Positions 1-10,024 of a stretch of 64,000 nucleotides of DNA are shown here, piece after piece. Within the stretch, counting starts at the first letter, position 1, and each line of letters begins with the position of its first letter. Where the stretch lies: contig CAWJBB010000002.1 in assembly GCA_963840855.1 (NCBI GenBank), positions 32,001 through 96,000 of the forward strand, written 5' to 3'. The notes under the pieces are model-generated. The model searched no databases and was not told the DNA's origin. It saw only the letters and a list, made by a program, of their open reading frames with translations. Made by a program: the position numbers and the translations under genes. This DNA is from an uncultured delta proteobacterium. GTDB taxonomy: Bacteria; Desulfobacterota; Binatia; UBA9968.

Positions 1-15
1 CCGCCCTTTTCCCGC

Positions 16-654
16 GTGATAGCGGCGGGAATCACGATCCTGCCAACCGAGAAGTTCAGCGCGGCGATGTTGATCTCCTTGCGCTCATTTGCGATCGGCA
101 TGACGCTCGCGCTTCTGGTTGGAATTTCGGTCGGTGCGATCATGGCAAGAGTGGCCGGCTTGGGCAAAATCCTGGGCATGTGGGTCAATATCTTCGTCAG
201 CGCGCCGATCTCCGCGCTGGTGCCGATCCTCATGGCGGTCATCGGCATCGGTGAAACCACCGTGGTGGTCACGGTTTTTCTCTTTGCGGTCTTCGTGATC
301 ATTCTGGATACGGAGGTTGGGTTTAAGCAGGCGGACAGATCGCTCGTGGAAATGGCCCGCTGCTTCGGCGCTCGGCCATTGCAAATTTACACCAAGGTAC
401 TCTTTCTCTGTGCTCTTCCTGAGATCCTCGCCGGCGTACGTCTGGGCGTTATCCGGGGTGTAAAGGGCGTAGTTATCGGACAGCTTTTAATCGCAATTCT
501 CGGCGTCGGAGAGTTATTCGAGCTCTATTCTCAACATTTTCTCATGGAAGAATTCTGGGCTCTCGTGATCATCGTTTTTATGTTTGCCTTCGCCGTCTCC
601 GAGGCCGTCGCAGTAATCGAGCGGCGGCTCGAATATTACGCCAGCTCGCGGTAA
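16..654 (+). CDS. ABC transporter permease (SsuC/TauC/NitT-like), probably 5'-truncated by window edge
   Basis: Hydrophobic TM helices; EAA-like loop 'LVEMARCFGARPLQIYTKV..ALPEILAG'. Confidence 0.85.
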   Translation: MIAAGITILPTEKFSAAMLISLRSFAIGMTLALLVGISVGAIMARVAGLGKILGMWVNIFVSAPISALVPILMAVIGIGETTVVVTVFLFAVFVIILDTEVGFKQADRSLVEMARCFGARPLQIYTKVLFLCALPEILAGVRLGVIRGVKGVVIGQLLIAILGVGELFELYSQHFLMEEFWALVIIVFMFAFAVSEAVAVIERRLEYYASSR

Positions 655-712
655 TTTCTATGGGAGCTAGCCTGAAGTTGGTGGTCTCCCAATCGCGTTA
701 CACAATTCAATC

Positions 713-800
713 GTCATTCCGGGCAAGCTGGCGACAGCTAGCGCGACCCGGAATCCAGGAAATGCAATTGCGTCTGGATGCCCTCTTCCGCGGGCATGAC
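713..800. repeat. Palindromic intergenic repeat (GTCATTCCGG...CCGGAATCCAG...CTGGAT...ATGAC), copy 1
   Basis: Nested inverted repeats; near-identical copy at 20950-21037. Confidence 0.8.
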
Positions 801-857
801 CAAGAAAAGTTGTTTTGCAAATTGCAAGACTGGTCTTTGAAAAAGAAAGGTAAACTT

Positions 858-1631
858 ATGATTACTCCTTCGTTACGAAATGATCTCGCGCCGGCGGGAA
901 AGCTGCGCGTCGGCATCAACTATGCCAACCCGGTACTGGCGCGGAGAGACCCGGCCAGTGGAGCGCTTCATGGCGTGGCGCCCGATCTGGGGCGGGAACT
1001 CGGCCAGCGTATCGGCGTCCCGACCGAACTTGTCGGCTTCGAGTCCGCGGGGAAGATGTTCGACGCTCTGAAAGCCGGCGCCTGGGATGTCGCGTTTCTC
1101 GCCATCGATCCGGAGCGCGCGGGTGAAATTGATTTCACCGCGCCCTATGTAGAAATCGAAGGGACCTATCTCGTGCCCACGGGGTCGCCGCTGCGCACGG
1201 TCGCGGACGTAGATCGCGAGGGAATACGCGTTGGCGCGTCGGCTGGCAGCGCGTATGATTTGTTTCTGACCCGGAATCTTCAACGCGCTCAACTGGTGCG
1301 GGCGGCGAGCCCCGACGCCGCCTTCGAGCTGATCGTCTCTGGCAAGGTCGACGTGCTTGGCGGCGTGCGGCAACATCTTGTCGCCAACGCCGCGAAGCTT
1401 CCCGGATCGCGTGTCTTCGACGACCGCTTCATGGCGATACAACAGGCGCTGGGGATTCCAAAAGGTCGCGAGCAGGGCGCAAAGTACCTGCGCGATTTCA
1501 TCGAGGACGTGAAAGCTTCGGGATTCGTCGCGCGAGCAATCGAAAACGCCGGCGTTCGCGGTGTAACCGTACCGCGCTCCCTTCTTTCTCCTTCCCCGCG
1601 TGCGGGGAAGGATGAAGGAGGAGGATCTTGA
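858..1631 (+). CDS. ABC amino-acid-type substrate-binding protein (SBP family 3)
   Basis: 'LAPAGKLRVGIN', 'WDVAFLAIDPERA', 'DFTAPYVEIEG'; ATG at 858 chosen because the upstream extension is repeat-derived. Confidence 0.8.
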   Translation: MITPSLRNDLAPAGKLRVGINYANPVLARRDPASGALHGVAPDLGRELGQRIGVPTELVGFESAGKMFDALKAGAWDVAFLAIDPERAGEIDFTAPYVEIEGTYLVPTGSPLRTVADVDREGIRVGASAGSAYDLFLTRNLQRAQLVRAASPDAAFELIVSGKVDVLGGVRQHLVANAAKLPGSRVFDDRFMAIQQALGIPKGREQGAKYLRDFIEDVKASGFVARAIENAGVRGVTVPRSLLSPSPRAGKDEGGGS

Positions 1632-1662
1632 AGCAGTTCGACGAAAAGAACGAGAGTGAACG

Positions 1663-3183
1663 TTACGCTTTCGGTTTGTAAATATAGCCGTACGTCAGGT
1701 TGCTGCGGTCAGCGCCGTTATTCTGGTAATCCTCTTTGAGCTGAGCGAAGCGGTCGTTTTCAAGCGCTGAGCGTTGCCCGGGCGTGAATTTGTAAAGCCG
1801 CGCGTTGTTTTCGCCAAGGATTGCCCGTTTGGCCGGTCCGTCCGCTGGACCTAACGGCTTGAAGCCGAACTTCTTCTGCATATCGTCGGGAATCTCTAGG
1901 CGGCGCAGTGCTTCAATTTGCCACTGCGGCGAGCCGGTCCAGACCGCGTCCGAACCCCACACCACATGATCGGCGCCAAGACCTTTCACTAGGGTCCCCA
2001 TCATGAACGCGCAAACCCGCGGATCGGCCATGGTGCTCTGGGCGAAGATCTGCCCAAGGTCGCCGTACACGTTCTTGACGCCAAATTGCTCGGGGATTTC
2101 TGCGAGATCGTTCACCCACTCCACGCGCCCGGTGCGGTTTAGCTGCTCCCAGGCCATTTCTGCCGTGCCCCCGCCCGCCCAGCGGTAGGCGGAATGATAA
2201 ATGATAAAGTTAAGCTGCGGCCAGTCTTTGGCTGCCTTGCCCACGTCGCCGACGTGACAATAGCCGACCAGATGCGGAAATTGCCGTTCCACGGACGGCG
2301 GGAACAGACCCTTGTGTATGCAAACGTTTACGACACCAGGATGGTCCTTGCTCCACTTGACGAGCCGCTCATAGAATGGGTACATGATTTTCTCATCATC
2401 AAGGCGGTATGGATGCTTGGATAAGTTCTTGTTGGTGTTATCGCCGATCGTGTAACCCTTCCATGAATCGGGCTTGAGTTTTTCCATCTCTTCATCGACT
2501 TTGTCGAGCCAGCCCGGCCAACCCGGCGTCATAATTCCGTGGGAGAACATCCGCTTGGTGCCGGCTTCCTTGTTGACTTTGGCGCGCGCGTCGAACTTCA
2601 TCTGGTTGGTGAGGAACCAATCGCGCGGCTCCTCGGATGGCGAGCCGCTGATGCACGCCACTTGCGTGTCGCTGTCGAGAAATACTTCTTTGAAGTAATT
2701 GGCAAACTTGAGGTCCTCGACGGTTTGCGGTTTACCTACAAGAGCAGGGTTCCAACCGGCCTTGCCCACTGATTCGCGCTGGCGCACGAAGCCGGTATTG
2801 CGTGTGTCGTCGCGCAAAAAATGGGTGTGCATGTCCATGACGAATTGCTTGGACAGCGTCTTCGCGCGCTCGCCCGCCATTTCCGGAATGGCGGCCTCGG
2901 CCCGGCTGACTTCGTACAGCGGACCGTGAGTATCGTTCATAGCGACAAAGGCCGCCGCCATGCCGGCCGCGGTTTTAAAGAACGCGCGCCGGCTCATGCC
3001 TTGATGACGCGCCAGCTCGCTGCCGTATGCTTTGATGCGCGCCTCAAACTCGCGCTGCTTTTCCGTCTGCGGCGCCGGCATGAACTCATCGCTGGACACC
3101 GACTGGGTGGGGATGGGTGAGGGAAAAGCCGATGTCTCCGCGGGCAACACCTGTTCTAGTTCTTCAGCGCTGAGAAATCCCAT
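1663..3183 (-). CDS. Amidohydrolase family protein (Amidohydro_2) with internal twin-arginine-like segment
   Basis: 'DMHTH' metal motif, 'VCIHKG', 'WGSDAVW'; RBS AGGAGG before ATG 3183; 'MSRRAFFKTAAG'. Confidence 0.85.
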   Translation of the reverse strand: MGFLSAEELEQVLPAETSAFPSPIPTQSVSSDEFMPAPQTEKQREFEARIKAYGSELARHQGMSRRAFFKTAAGMAAAFVAMNDTHGPLYEVSRAEAAIPEMAGERAKTLSKQFVMDMHTHFLRDDTRNTGFVRQRESVGKAGWNPALVGKPQTVEDLKFANYFKEVFLDSDTQVACISGSPSEEPRDWFLTNQMKFDARAKVNKEAGTKRMFSHGIMTPGWPGWLDKVDEEMEKLKPDSWKGYTIGDNTNKNLSKHPYRLDDEKIMYPFYERLVKWSKDHPGVVNVCIHKGLFPPSVERQFPHLVGYCHVGDVGKAAKDWPQLNFIIYHSAYRWAGGGTAEMAWEQLNRTGRVEWVNDLAEIPEQFGVKNVYGDLGQIFAQSTMADPRVCAFMMGTLVKGLGADHVVWGSDAVWTGSPQWQIEALRRLEIPDDMQKKFGFKPLGPADGPAKRAILGENNARLYKFTPGQRSALENDRFAQLKEDYQNNGADRSNLTYGYIYKPKA

Positions 3184-3399
3184 AAGGACCTCCTTATTAT
3201 ATGTTTGGTGGCGTACCGGAAAGACGGCCAGACAATAGGTCAACTGTGGGTCGAAGGTCAAGACGAGGCGGCAATCGTGCCCGTGCTCGGATGAACACGA
3301 ATCACCCTTCGAAATTGCCCTAGTTGCCCTCTCTCACCCCTCTCCCGCGAGCGGGACGGGGTGAGGGCTGCCAAGAGGTCAAGCGCGATAACGGCTTCA

Positions 3400-5112
3400 T
3401 CAATGCGACAGGCCGAACGCGCTGATATCGCCGCCGGAGAAAAAAGTTCCGATGATATTGCCGCGGCTGATCGGCAGATCGAGATGCGACGGGTGCGATT
3501 CATCGTGATGAACGGTGATGCGCAACGGTCGCGGGCGGCGCAAGTGGTTGCGCGCTAGCGCCTGCAAGGAATTTGCCGCCGGCTCGTCGTCCGCGCCTTT
3601 GATGCGAAGGGCGATGCGCTCCCCCGCCTGGAACAAACGCGCGGTCGCCACGATCGGAATCTTTAGCTCGTAAATTTTACCCGGCTCGAGCGGCTCCCTC
3701 GATTCATGAGCCTGAATCGGCTCCCACGGCTTGCTATCCTCGCGCAATCTGCGCTGTGAGGCGCGCAGCCAACCGCGCGTGAGTTCATGCTCTCTATTGT
3801 CGCGGTCGATTAGCAGCAAGGTCGCGAACAAGAGCGCGTCTGTGTCGGTCGTCGACAGGTACAAAGTCAGAACGCTTGGCCCCAACACTTCGGTATTTTC
3901 AACCAACGGGGGCGTTGCGTAGACGAGCGCACCATGCTCGAAGCTCGATTCGTCAAAAGAGTCCGAACCCTCGGCGGGCCAAAGCTCGTGCTCGCTGAGG
4001 ATGCCATCCTTGTGCAAATAAAAAGTCGTCCAGCGCGCCTCGGTGGGCGGCCAGTCGTCCAACGATTTCCACTTGCCCGTGGGCGGAATGAAGCAGCGGA
4101 TCGGCGGCTCGTTCATAATGCCGGTGTCGATGCCCTTGAGCCAATAGTCGAACCAGCGCAGGGATTCGTCCTGATACTGATACACCGGACGGTCAAGATA
4201 GATCGGCGGGCCGATGACCATTTTCTTCGGACCTTGCCACTCATTCCACGCGGTAAATGCGCCCGGCAGGTGCAACCCATAGTTGCCCCAGCAGGCGCCG
4301 AGAAACGCCGGAATCTTGCCATCGGAATCATTGGCGCTGCGCTCGCGCCAGAACGGTCCGTCGAAGGGCTGGAGCAACATATCGACGATCAATGCATTGG
4401 TTCCCGCGCCGGGATTTTGTAGAGCCTCGCGCAATCCCGGCACGGCCACGATCTCTTCGTCGCGCATGGCTTGGGCGATAGCTTCTTGGTAGGCCGCTTC
4501 GCCATGCTGCTCTTTGTAGAGGCTCCGATAGTTGGGACGGTGCAGGCTATTGCGCCAATGGGTGATAAAGCCATGGGCTAAAATTCCGCCGTGGTAACAG
4601 CGATGGCGGTAGTCGTCGGTGCCGGCGAAGGGCGAGAAAATTGCCTTCAACGGCTGTGCTCCCGCCGCGGCGACGGCCTTGGCGAGCCTCGCATAATAGG
4701 ACACGCCGAACATGCCGATGCCGCCATTGCTCCACGGTTGCGCTGCCAACCAGTCGATGAGATGGCAGATATCCTGGACTTCAAGGGGGCCCATAAGTTG
4801 ATAGAAGCCCTCGGACTTGCCGCTGCCCCGGGAATTGAATACGGCGTGAACGTATCCGCGGCGCGCAAAGAAAGTCGAATCGCCGCTTTCCATGTAGCCG
4901 CGCAGCGGCGTGAAGCCCACGGGACGCATGGCCGGCGACTGGAGATCCTTATTGTAGGCATGCGCGCCGAGAATCACCGGAAATCTTTCATTCGATGCGG
5001 GGCGATAAATATTACCGTCGAGCAAGGTGCCGTCCGGCATGCGGACTTTTACGTCCCGGTCAACAATGACGTCATAGTGCCGTTCCGACGTGGACCACTT
5101 GGTTGTGAACAT
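3400..5112 (-). CDS. CocE/NonD family hydrolase
   Basis: 'RGSGKSEG', nucleophile 'GVSYY', C-terminal jelly-roll 'RGWLRAS...PLEPGKIYEL'. Confidence 0.9.
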   Translation of the reverse strand: MFTTKWSTSERHYDVIVDRDVKVRMPDGTLLDGNIYRPASNERFPVILGAHAYNKDLQSPAMRPVGFTPLRGYMESGDSTFFARRGYVHAVFNSRGSGKSEGFYQLMGPLEVQDICHLIDWLAAQPWSNGGIGMFGVSYYARLAKAVAAAGAQPLKAIFSPFAGTDDYRHRCYHGGILAHGFITHWRNSLHRPNYRSLYKEQHGEAAYQEAIAQAMRDEEIVAVPGLREALQNPGAGTNALIVDMLLQPFDGPFWRERSANDSDGKIPAFLGACWGNYGLHLPGAFTAWNEWQGPKKMVIGPPIYLDRPVYQYQDESLRWFDYWLKGIDTGIMNEPPIRCFIPPTGKWKSLDDWPPTEARWTTFYLHKDGILSEHELWPAEGSDSFDESSFEHGALVYATPPLVENTEVLGPSVLTLYLSTTDTDALLFATLLLIDRDNREHELTRGWLRASQRRLREDSKPWEPIQAHESREPLEPGKIYELKIPIVATARLFQAGERIALRIKGADDEPAANSLQALARNHLRRPRPLRITVHHDESHPSHLDLPISRGNIIGTFFSGGDISAFGLSH

Positions 5113-5189
5113 GTCCGCTGTTTATCCTCCGCCGATGATGACTTACTCCATGCTCGACGGAATGTCTAGCAGCCTCTTAACAACTCGGC

Positions 5190-5289
5190 GTTCAATGTTC
5201 AATGTTCAAAGTTCAAGGTGGACAGCCGAAGATGCGGACCTCCCCGCTTCTGAAATTCAGGGATCGAAAACGTTGAACGTTAAACCTTG
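5190..5289. repeat. Heptamer tandem/inverted repeat element (GTTCAAN)n...(NTTGAAC)n, interrupted by IS; right arm continues 6390-6408
   Basis: GTTCAAT GTTCAAT GTTCAAA GTTCAAG then AACGTTG AACGTTA AACCTTG|IS|AACCTTG AACATTG AACC. Confidence 0.8.
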
Positions 5290-6389
5290 GGTTCAGACAA
5301 GGAAATTTGGTTGAAAGCTAAACGGAATTTCTCCGTGTTTTTGGATACTTTGCCCGTTAATCTGTGTGTAGTTCGCGTGCATGCATTCATGGCACGCGAA
5401 CTCCTGTTGTTGCAGAGCCAAGATTTATCACTTCGGTTCTCGACGTCGTCAGTGCAGTCAGTGCAAGCGAACGTGGAGAATCCGCAAGAAACGGCGTGGC
5501 CGCAAGCCTCAGCGAGCGCGTCCTCGATCTCTGCAAGCAGTGTTTGTGGACGGACGCACACTCAAAACTCTCGCTCCACGCTATGGCCTTACCCCTCAAG
5601 GGTTGAGTTGGCGGTTTCGTCGATCTCTGCGGCAGTTCATATCGCGATCTCGAGAATTGCGCTTGCCAAGAGGACCTTTGGTTTTGATCTTGGACGGACT
5701 TTATTTCCGATTTCGAGGGAAAGATTGGGTTTTGTATGTGATGGCGCTCAAGCCGTGCCATCAAAATCGAGCCGTCTTCCTCGATCCTGTGCTCCAGCCA
5801 GGCAGAGAGAACATGCGGGGTTGGTCTCACGCATTCACAACGATTCCCCCCTCTATACACAGACGGATCCGGGCTTCGGTCTCCGACGAGATTTCCGGAA
5901 TTATAAAACTCGGCACAAGCCATGGCTGGATCGTTCAACTCTGCCATTTTCATCTCATCAGCCGATTGCAGAACTGCCGAGGCCAACGAAATCGCAGATT
6001 GCATGGCAGACCCCTGCGCGAGGCGCTCTACCAACTTACCCGCCAAGCTCTCGAACTCCCCGATGGTTCCCGGCTCCAAACCGTGCTCACTCAGCTCAAG
6101 GATCGCCTTCGCCAAGCAACACGACTGCGCGTCCTGCGCATGATTGTTCGAGAGTTTCTCAGGCGGATCGACCATTTCAGAGCCTATCGCAAATACCCAA
6201 AATTGAATCTGCCAACTACTACGGGCAGCGTAGAAGCGATGAACCGACGAATTCGTGATTTGATGCGCCAAACTCGAAGCATTAGTAGCCCCCAAACTTT
6301 ACAGCTGTGGGCAACTGCTCTGATCCGCACTCGTCCAATGGTCATATGCAATGGCAAAAAATTTTCAACCAAATAAACTTGTCTGTACC
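5290..6389 (+). mobile_element. Compact IS256/Mutator-like insertion sequence, 1100 bp
   Basis: ~27-bp imperfect IRs (GGTTCAGACAAGGAAATTTGGTTGAAA / revcomp GGTACAGACAAGTTTATTTGGTTGAAA); 8-bp TSD AAACCTTG at 5282-5289 and 6390-6397. Confidence 0.9.
5381..6376 (+). CDS. DDE transposase, IS256/Mutator-like
   Basis: N-terminal Cys cluster; 'LILDG', 'VSDE', 'QLCHFH' (CxxH), 'PTTTGSVEAMN'. Confidence 0.85.
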   Translation: MHSWHANSCCCRAKIYHFGSRRRQCSQCKRTWRIRKKRRGRKPQRARPRSLQAVFVDGRTLKTLAPRYGLTPQGLSWRFRRSLRQFISRSRELRLPRGPLVLILDGLYFRFRGKDWVLYVMALKPCHQNRAVFLDPVLQPGRENMRGWSHAFTTIPPSIHRRIRASVSDEISGIIKLGTSHGWIVQLCHFHLISRLQNCRGQRNRRLHGRPLREALYQLTRQALELPDGSRLQTVLTQLKDRLRQATRLRVLRMIVREFLRRIDHFRAYRKYPKLNLPTTTGSVEAMNRRIRDLMRQTRSISSPQTLQLWATALIRTRPMVICNGKKFSTK

Positions 6390-6465
6390 AAACCTTGAAC
6401 ATTGAACCGGCGCACAGCGCCGCGCGTTGACTTAAAACGAGTGTTTTTGTACGCTCGCGCCCACG

Positions 6466-7236
6466 ATGGCAAGTGATGATCAACGACCCGCTGCGCTGGT
6501 GACCGGTGCGGCCACGGGTATTGGCCGGTGCGCCGCCGTGGCGCTGGCGAAAAATGGTTACAACGTGGTCGTCAATTTTAGCCGCAGCGAGGAGGCGGCG
6601 AAGTTCACTGCGCGCGAATGCACGAGCGCGGGCGCGCGCACGTTGCTCGTCCGCTGCGATGTCAGGGACGAAGCCTCTGTGCGCGCCATGCTGGCGGCGA
6701 CGGAAAAAGAGTTCGGCCGGCTCGATGTGCTGATCAATAACGCGGGCACCACCGTGAATGTGGAGCCGAAAAACTTGGAAGGCATGACGGTGGAAGACTG
6801 GAATCGCGTTTTTAACGTCAACGTGCTGGGTGTATTCCTGGTTAGCCGGGCGGCAGCGCCGCTGCTGAAAAAATCGCCCAACGGTTGCATCGTCAACACT
6901 TGCAGCATCGCCGGCCTGAGACCGAGCGCACAACCTCTGCCTTACGCCGCGAGCAAGGCCGCCGTGGCTAACCTGACGAAGACGCTTGCCAACGCGCTGG
7001 GACCGCAGATCCGGGTCAACGCGGTGGCGCCCGGCTGGATCGAGGGCGACTGGATGAAGCGGACCTTGGCGGAAAACTATGAAGGGCTGATGGCGCGCCG
7101 CGCAAAATATACCCCGCTCAAGCGCTGCTGCACGGAGGATGATGTCGCCGACAGCATGCTGAGTCTGATATTGCACAACCGCTTCGTCACCGGCGAGATC
7201 ATTATTATCGACGGTGGATTTTCCAGCACCACATAA
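6466..7236 (+). CDS. SDR family oxidoreductase
   Basis: TGAATGIG, NNAG, YAASK, VNAVAPG. Confidence 0.95.
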   Translation: MASDDQRPAALVTGAATGIGRCAAVALAKNGYNVVVNFSRSEEAAKFTARECTSAGARTLLVRCDVRDEASVRAMLAATEKEFGRLDVLINNAGTTVNVEPKNLEGMTVEDWNRVFNVNVLGVFLVSRAAAPLLKKSPNGCIVNTCSIAGLRPSAQPLPYAASKAAVANLTKTLANALGPQIRVNAVAPGWIEGDWMKRTLAENYEGLMARRAKYTPLKRCCTEDDVADSMLSLILHNRFVTGEIIIIDGGFSSTT

Positions 7237-7250
7237 AAAATAAAAAATAC

Positions 7251-7388
7251 CGTTCCAAATGTTCCAGTCGTTCCAGTAGTTCCAATCGTTTCCGGAGGTT
7301 CTAACGGTTAAAATGTTCGTGCTGTTTCAGATTTTATTCGGGGGTATTGAACGTTTGGAACGGTTGGAACAATTGGAGCGTCTGGAAC
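7251..7388. repeat. 9-mer tandem/inverted repeat element (GTTCCANNN)n...(NNNTGGAAC)n
   Basis: GTTCCAAAT GTTCCAGTC GTTCCAGTA GTTCCAATC ... TGGAACGGT TGGAACAAT TGGAGCGTC TGGAAC; related arm at 56001-56040. Confidence 0.75.
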
Positions 7389-7414
7389 GCGACGAGCGCA
7401 GCGAGGAGTAAAGA

Positions 7415-9064
7415 GTGTTAGCCGGCGTTGTCCGATTTCCTCCCGAATTCGCGGCGCGTTATCGCGCCAGGGGATATTGGCAGGACCGCTCTCTCGCCGA
7501 TATCTTCGGAGAGGTCTTCGGCAAATTTGCCGGAAGGATCGCAGTCATCGACCGCGACAAGTTCGTTACCTACGGGCAACTCGACGAAGGGTCGACGCGG
7601 TTAGCGCTCAATTTGCTCGCCGAAGGACTCGAGCCGCTCGACCGCGTGGTCGTGCAGCTGCCCAACGTCGTCGAGTTCGCTTATCTATATTTCGCCCTGC
7701 AGAAAATCGGCTGTATTCCGATCATGGCGCTGCCGACCCATCGTTTCCGTGAGATCAGCCAGTTCATCGAGCTGGCCGGCGCCGTGGCCTGCGCAACGCC
7801 GGACAAGACCAAAGATTTCGATTACCGGGAGCTCGTGCGGCGTATTCGCCCGGCGAGCAAAACCTTGCGTTATGGAATTGTTTTAGGCGATGCGCCCCGG
7901 GGCTATATCTCGTTGGCCGAACTTATTGCGAGGCCAAGCAAGCGCTCGACCGAAGAGTTGCAGAAAATCAACATCGATCCTGAGGATCCCGCGGTTTTTC
8001 AGCTCTCCGGTGGCACCACCGGTGTTCCCAAGCTCATCCCGCGCACCCATAACGACTATATTTATAATTCGAAGTTGGCTGCCGCTGTGACCGGAGTAGG
8101 ACCAGAAAGAGTGCTGTTGAACGTGTTACCACTGGGGCACAATCTGCCGCTGGCCTGCCCGGGCTTGCAAGGTTACCTCCTGCATGGCGGCAAAGTCGTG
8201 CTGGGAAATTCGACTCGCAGCGAAGATATTTTCACCTTGATCGAGCGCCACGGGGTCAGTCATATAGCCGTCGTGCCCGCGCTGTTGATTCGTTTGATCA
8301 ACGAGCCATCGATCGCGAAATATGATCTTTCTTCACTCAAAGTCATCCAGAGCGGCGGCCAGCGATTGCAACCGGAGGTGCGCCGCCGCACCAAGGAGCT
8401 GATTCCGAGCGCGTTCGTGCAGGAGAACTTCGGCATGGCCGAAGGCATGCTAATGTTTATTCGTCCCGATGATCCCGAGGATGTGAGAATGGAAACGGTC
8501 GGGAGGCCGGTTAGTCCCGACGACGAAGTGCGGCTTGTCGACGATGACGACAACGAGGTGGCGCCGGGCGAGGTCGGGGAATTGCTTGCCCGCGGTCCCT
8601 ATACGCTGCGAGGCTATTATGGCGTGTCTGAGTATAACGCCAGGGCGTTTACCTTCGACGGCTTTTACCGCTCCGGCGATCTGATGCGCCGGCATCTTTC
8701 CGGCAACTACATGGTCGAAGGACGAAAAAAGGATCTTATCAACCGCGGCGGGGAAAAAATTAGCGCGGAAGAAATTGAAAATCTGATTCTCGCTCATCCC
8801 GCCGTTCAAAACGTCGCTTGCGTGCCGATGCCCGATCCGATTCTCGGTGAACGCATGTGCGCCTGCGTGATCCTGCGCCGCGGCGGCGCGTTGACCTTAG
8901 AACAACTTGCCGCCTTTCTCATGAACGAGGAAATTGCCAGGCATAAACTGCCCGAGCGCCTGGAGATCATGGATGATTTTCCGCTATCGCCGTTCGGCAA
9001 GGTTTCAAAAAAAGATCTTACCGAGCGAATTGCGCGGAAACTGAAAGAAGAAGGTAAAATCTAG
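7415..9064 (+). CDS. Aryl-acid adenylating enzyme, 2,3-dihydroxybenzoate-AMP ligase (EntE/DhbE)-like
   Basis: 'FQLSGGTTGVPKLIPRTHNDY', 'FGMAEG', 'GFYRSGD', 'INRGGEKISAEEIEN'. Confidence 0.9.
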   Translation: MLAGVVRFPPEFAARYRARGYWQDRSLADIFGEVFGKFAGRIAVIDRDKFVTYGQLDEGSTRLALNLLAEGLEPLDRVVVQLPNVVEFAYLYFALQKIGCIPIMALPTHRFREISQFIELAGAVACATPDKTKDFDYRELVRRIRPASKTLRYGIVLGDAPRGYISLAELIARPSKRSTEELQKINIDPEDPAVFQLSGGTTGVPKLIPRTHNDYIYNSKLAAAVTGVGPERVLLNVLPLGHNLPLACPGLQGYLLHGGKVVLGNSTRSEDIFTLIERHGVSHIAVVPALLIRLINEPSIAKYDLSSLKVIQSGGQRLQPEVRRRTKELIPSAFVQENFGMAEGMLMFIRPDDPEDVRMETVGRPVSPDDEVRLVDDDDNEVAPGEVGELLARGPYTLRGYYGVSEYNARAFTFDGFYRSGDLMRRHLSGNYMVEGRKKDLINRGGEKISAEEIENLILAHPAVQNVACVPMPDPILGERMCACVILRRGGALTLEQLAAFLMNEEIARHKLPERLEIMDDFPLSPFGKVSKKDLTERIARKLKEEGKI

Positions 9065-9145
9065 TCAAATACAGAATCGAAAAAGAGATGACTTGCGCAA
9101 AGACGCAAAGAATATCCAAATTTTTTCAATGGGGAGGTCAATGCC

Positions 9146-10024
9146 ATGTCTGAAGAGATAAAAGAGCTGATCCAAGACTATCGCGACGGTAAAATAACGC
9201 GGCGAGGGTTTATGCGCCGTGTGGCAATCTTGACGGGGAGCCTCGCTGGGGCGAACTCAATGATCGCCGGCCTCATGCAAGACAGCGCGACGGCCCAGGT
9301 TGACCCGGGTGATCCGGCAATTCTCTGGCACAATATTGAATACGCCGGTAAGGCCGGCCCGGTGTTCGGCTATCTTGCTCGTCCTGCCGTGGCGGGCAAG
9401 CATCCCGGCCTGGTTTTGATTCACGCCAATCAGGGCTTGACCAGTCACGTTCGCGACGTAGCGCGACGCCTGGCCAAGGAAGGCTACGTGACGCTGGCCC
9501 CCGACTATCTTTCCCGCCGGGGCGGAACGGTTAAGGTTAATCCGAAGGGCGGAGGGTTGTCCAACATTCGCGAACTTGCGCCGTGGCAAGAGGTCGCCGA
9601 AGATACCGACGCGGGCTTCGCCTATCTCCAAATCCTATCTGATGTTCGGGGCGACCGGCGCGGCGTCATCGGATTTTGCTGGGGCGGTGAGATGACCTTC
9701 TGTGCGGCAACCCAGGTGCGCGGGCTCAGGGCGGCGGTGGTGTTCTACGGCCGCAGCCCGAAACCTATCGAGTTGGTGAAACATATCGAAGCGCCGATTA
9801 TGGCGCACTACGGCGAAAAAGATCCCGGCGTCAATCAGGACATACCTTCAACCGAAGAGGCGATGAAGAAGTTTAACAAACCGTACACCTATAAGATTTA
9901 TCCCGGGGCGCAACATGGATTCTACAACGAAGGCAATCCCGAACGTCATCATCCGGAAGCGGCCAGAGAGGCTTGGGCCAAAACGCTCGATCTCTTCAAG
10001 AACAGGCTCCAGGGTACGGTGTAG
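9146..10024 (+). CDS. Dienelactone hydrolase family protein (YghX-like, Tat-like N-terminus)
   Basis: 'ITRRGFMRR', 'GFCWGG', 'YPGAQHGF'. Confidence 0.9.
   Translation: MSEEIKELIQDYRDGKITRRGFMRRVAILTGSLAGANSMIAGLMQDSATAQVDPGDPAILWHNIEYAGKAGPVFGYLARPAVAGKHPGLVLIHANQGLTSHVRDVARRLAKEGYVTLAPDYLSRRGGTVKVNPKGGGLSNIRELAPWQEVAEDTDAGFAYLQILSDVRGDRRGVIGFCWGGEMTFCAATQVRGLRAAVVFYGRSPKPIELVKHIEAPIMAHYGEKDPGVNQDIPSTEEAMKKFNKPYTYKIYPGAQHGFYNEGNPERHHPEAAREAWAKTLDLFKNRLQGTV

Noticed and set aside
660-857. N-terminal extension of the SBP ORF
   Set aside because: Translates a palindromic repeat; better start at 858
5287-6295. Long overlapping ORFs 5287-6258 (+) and 5387-6295 (-)
   Set aside because: Alternative frames of the transposase gene with no recognisable motifs
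7251-7388. GTTCCA repeats resembling CRISPR repeat starts
   Set aside because: 9-bp period with inverted arms, no spacers, no cas genes
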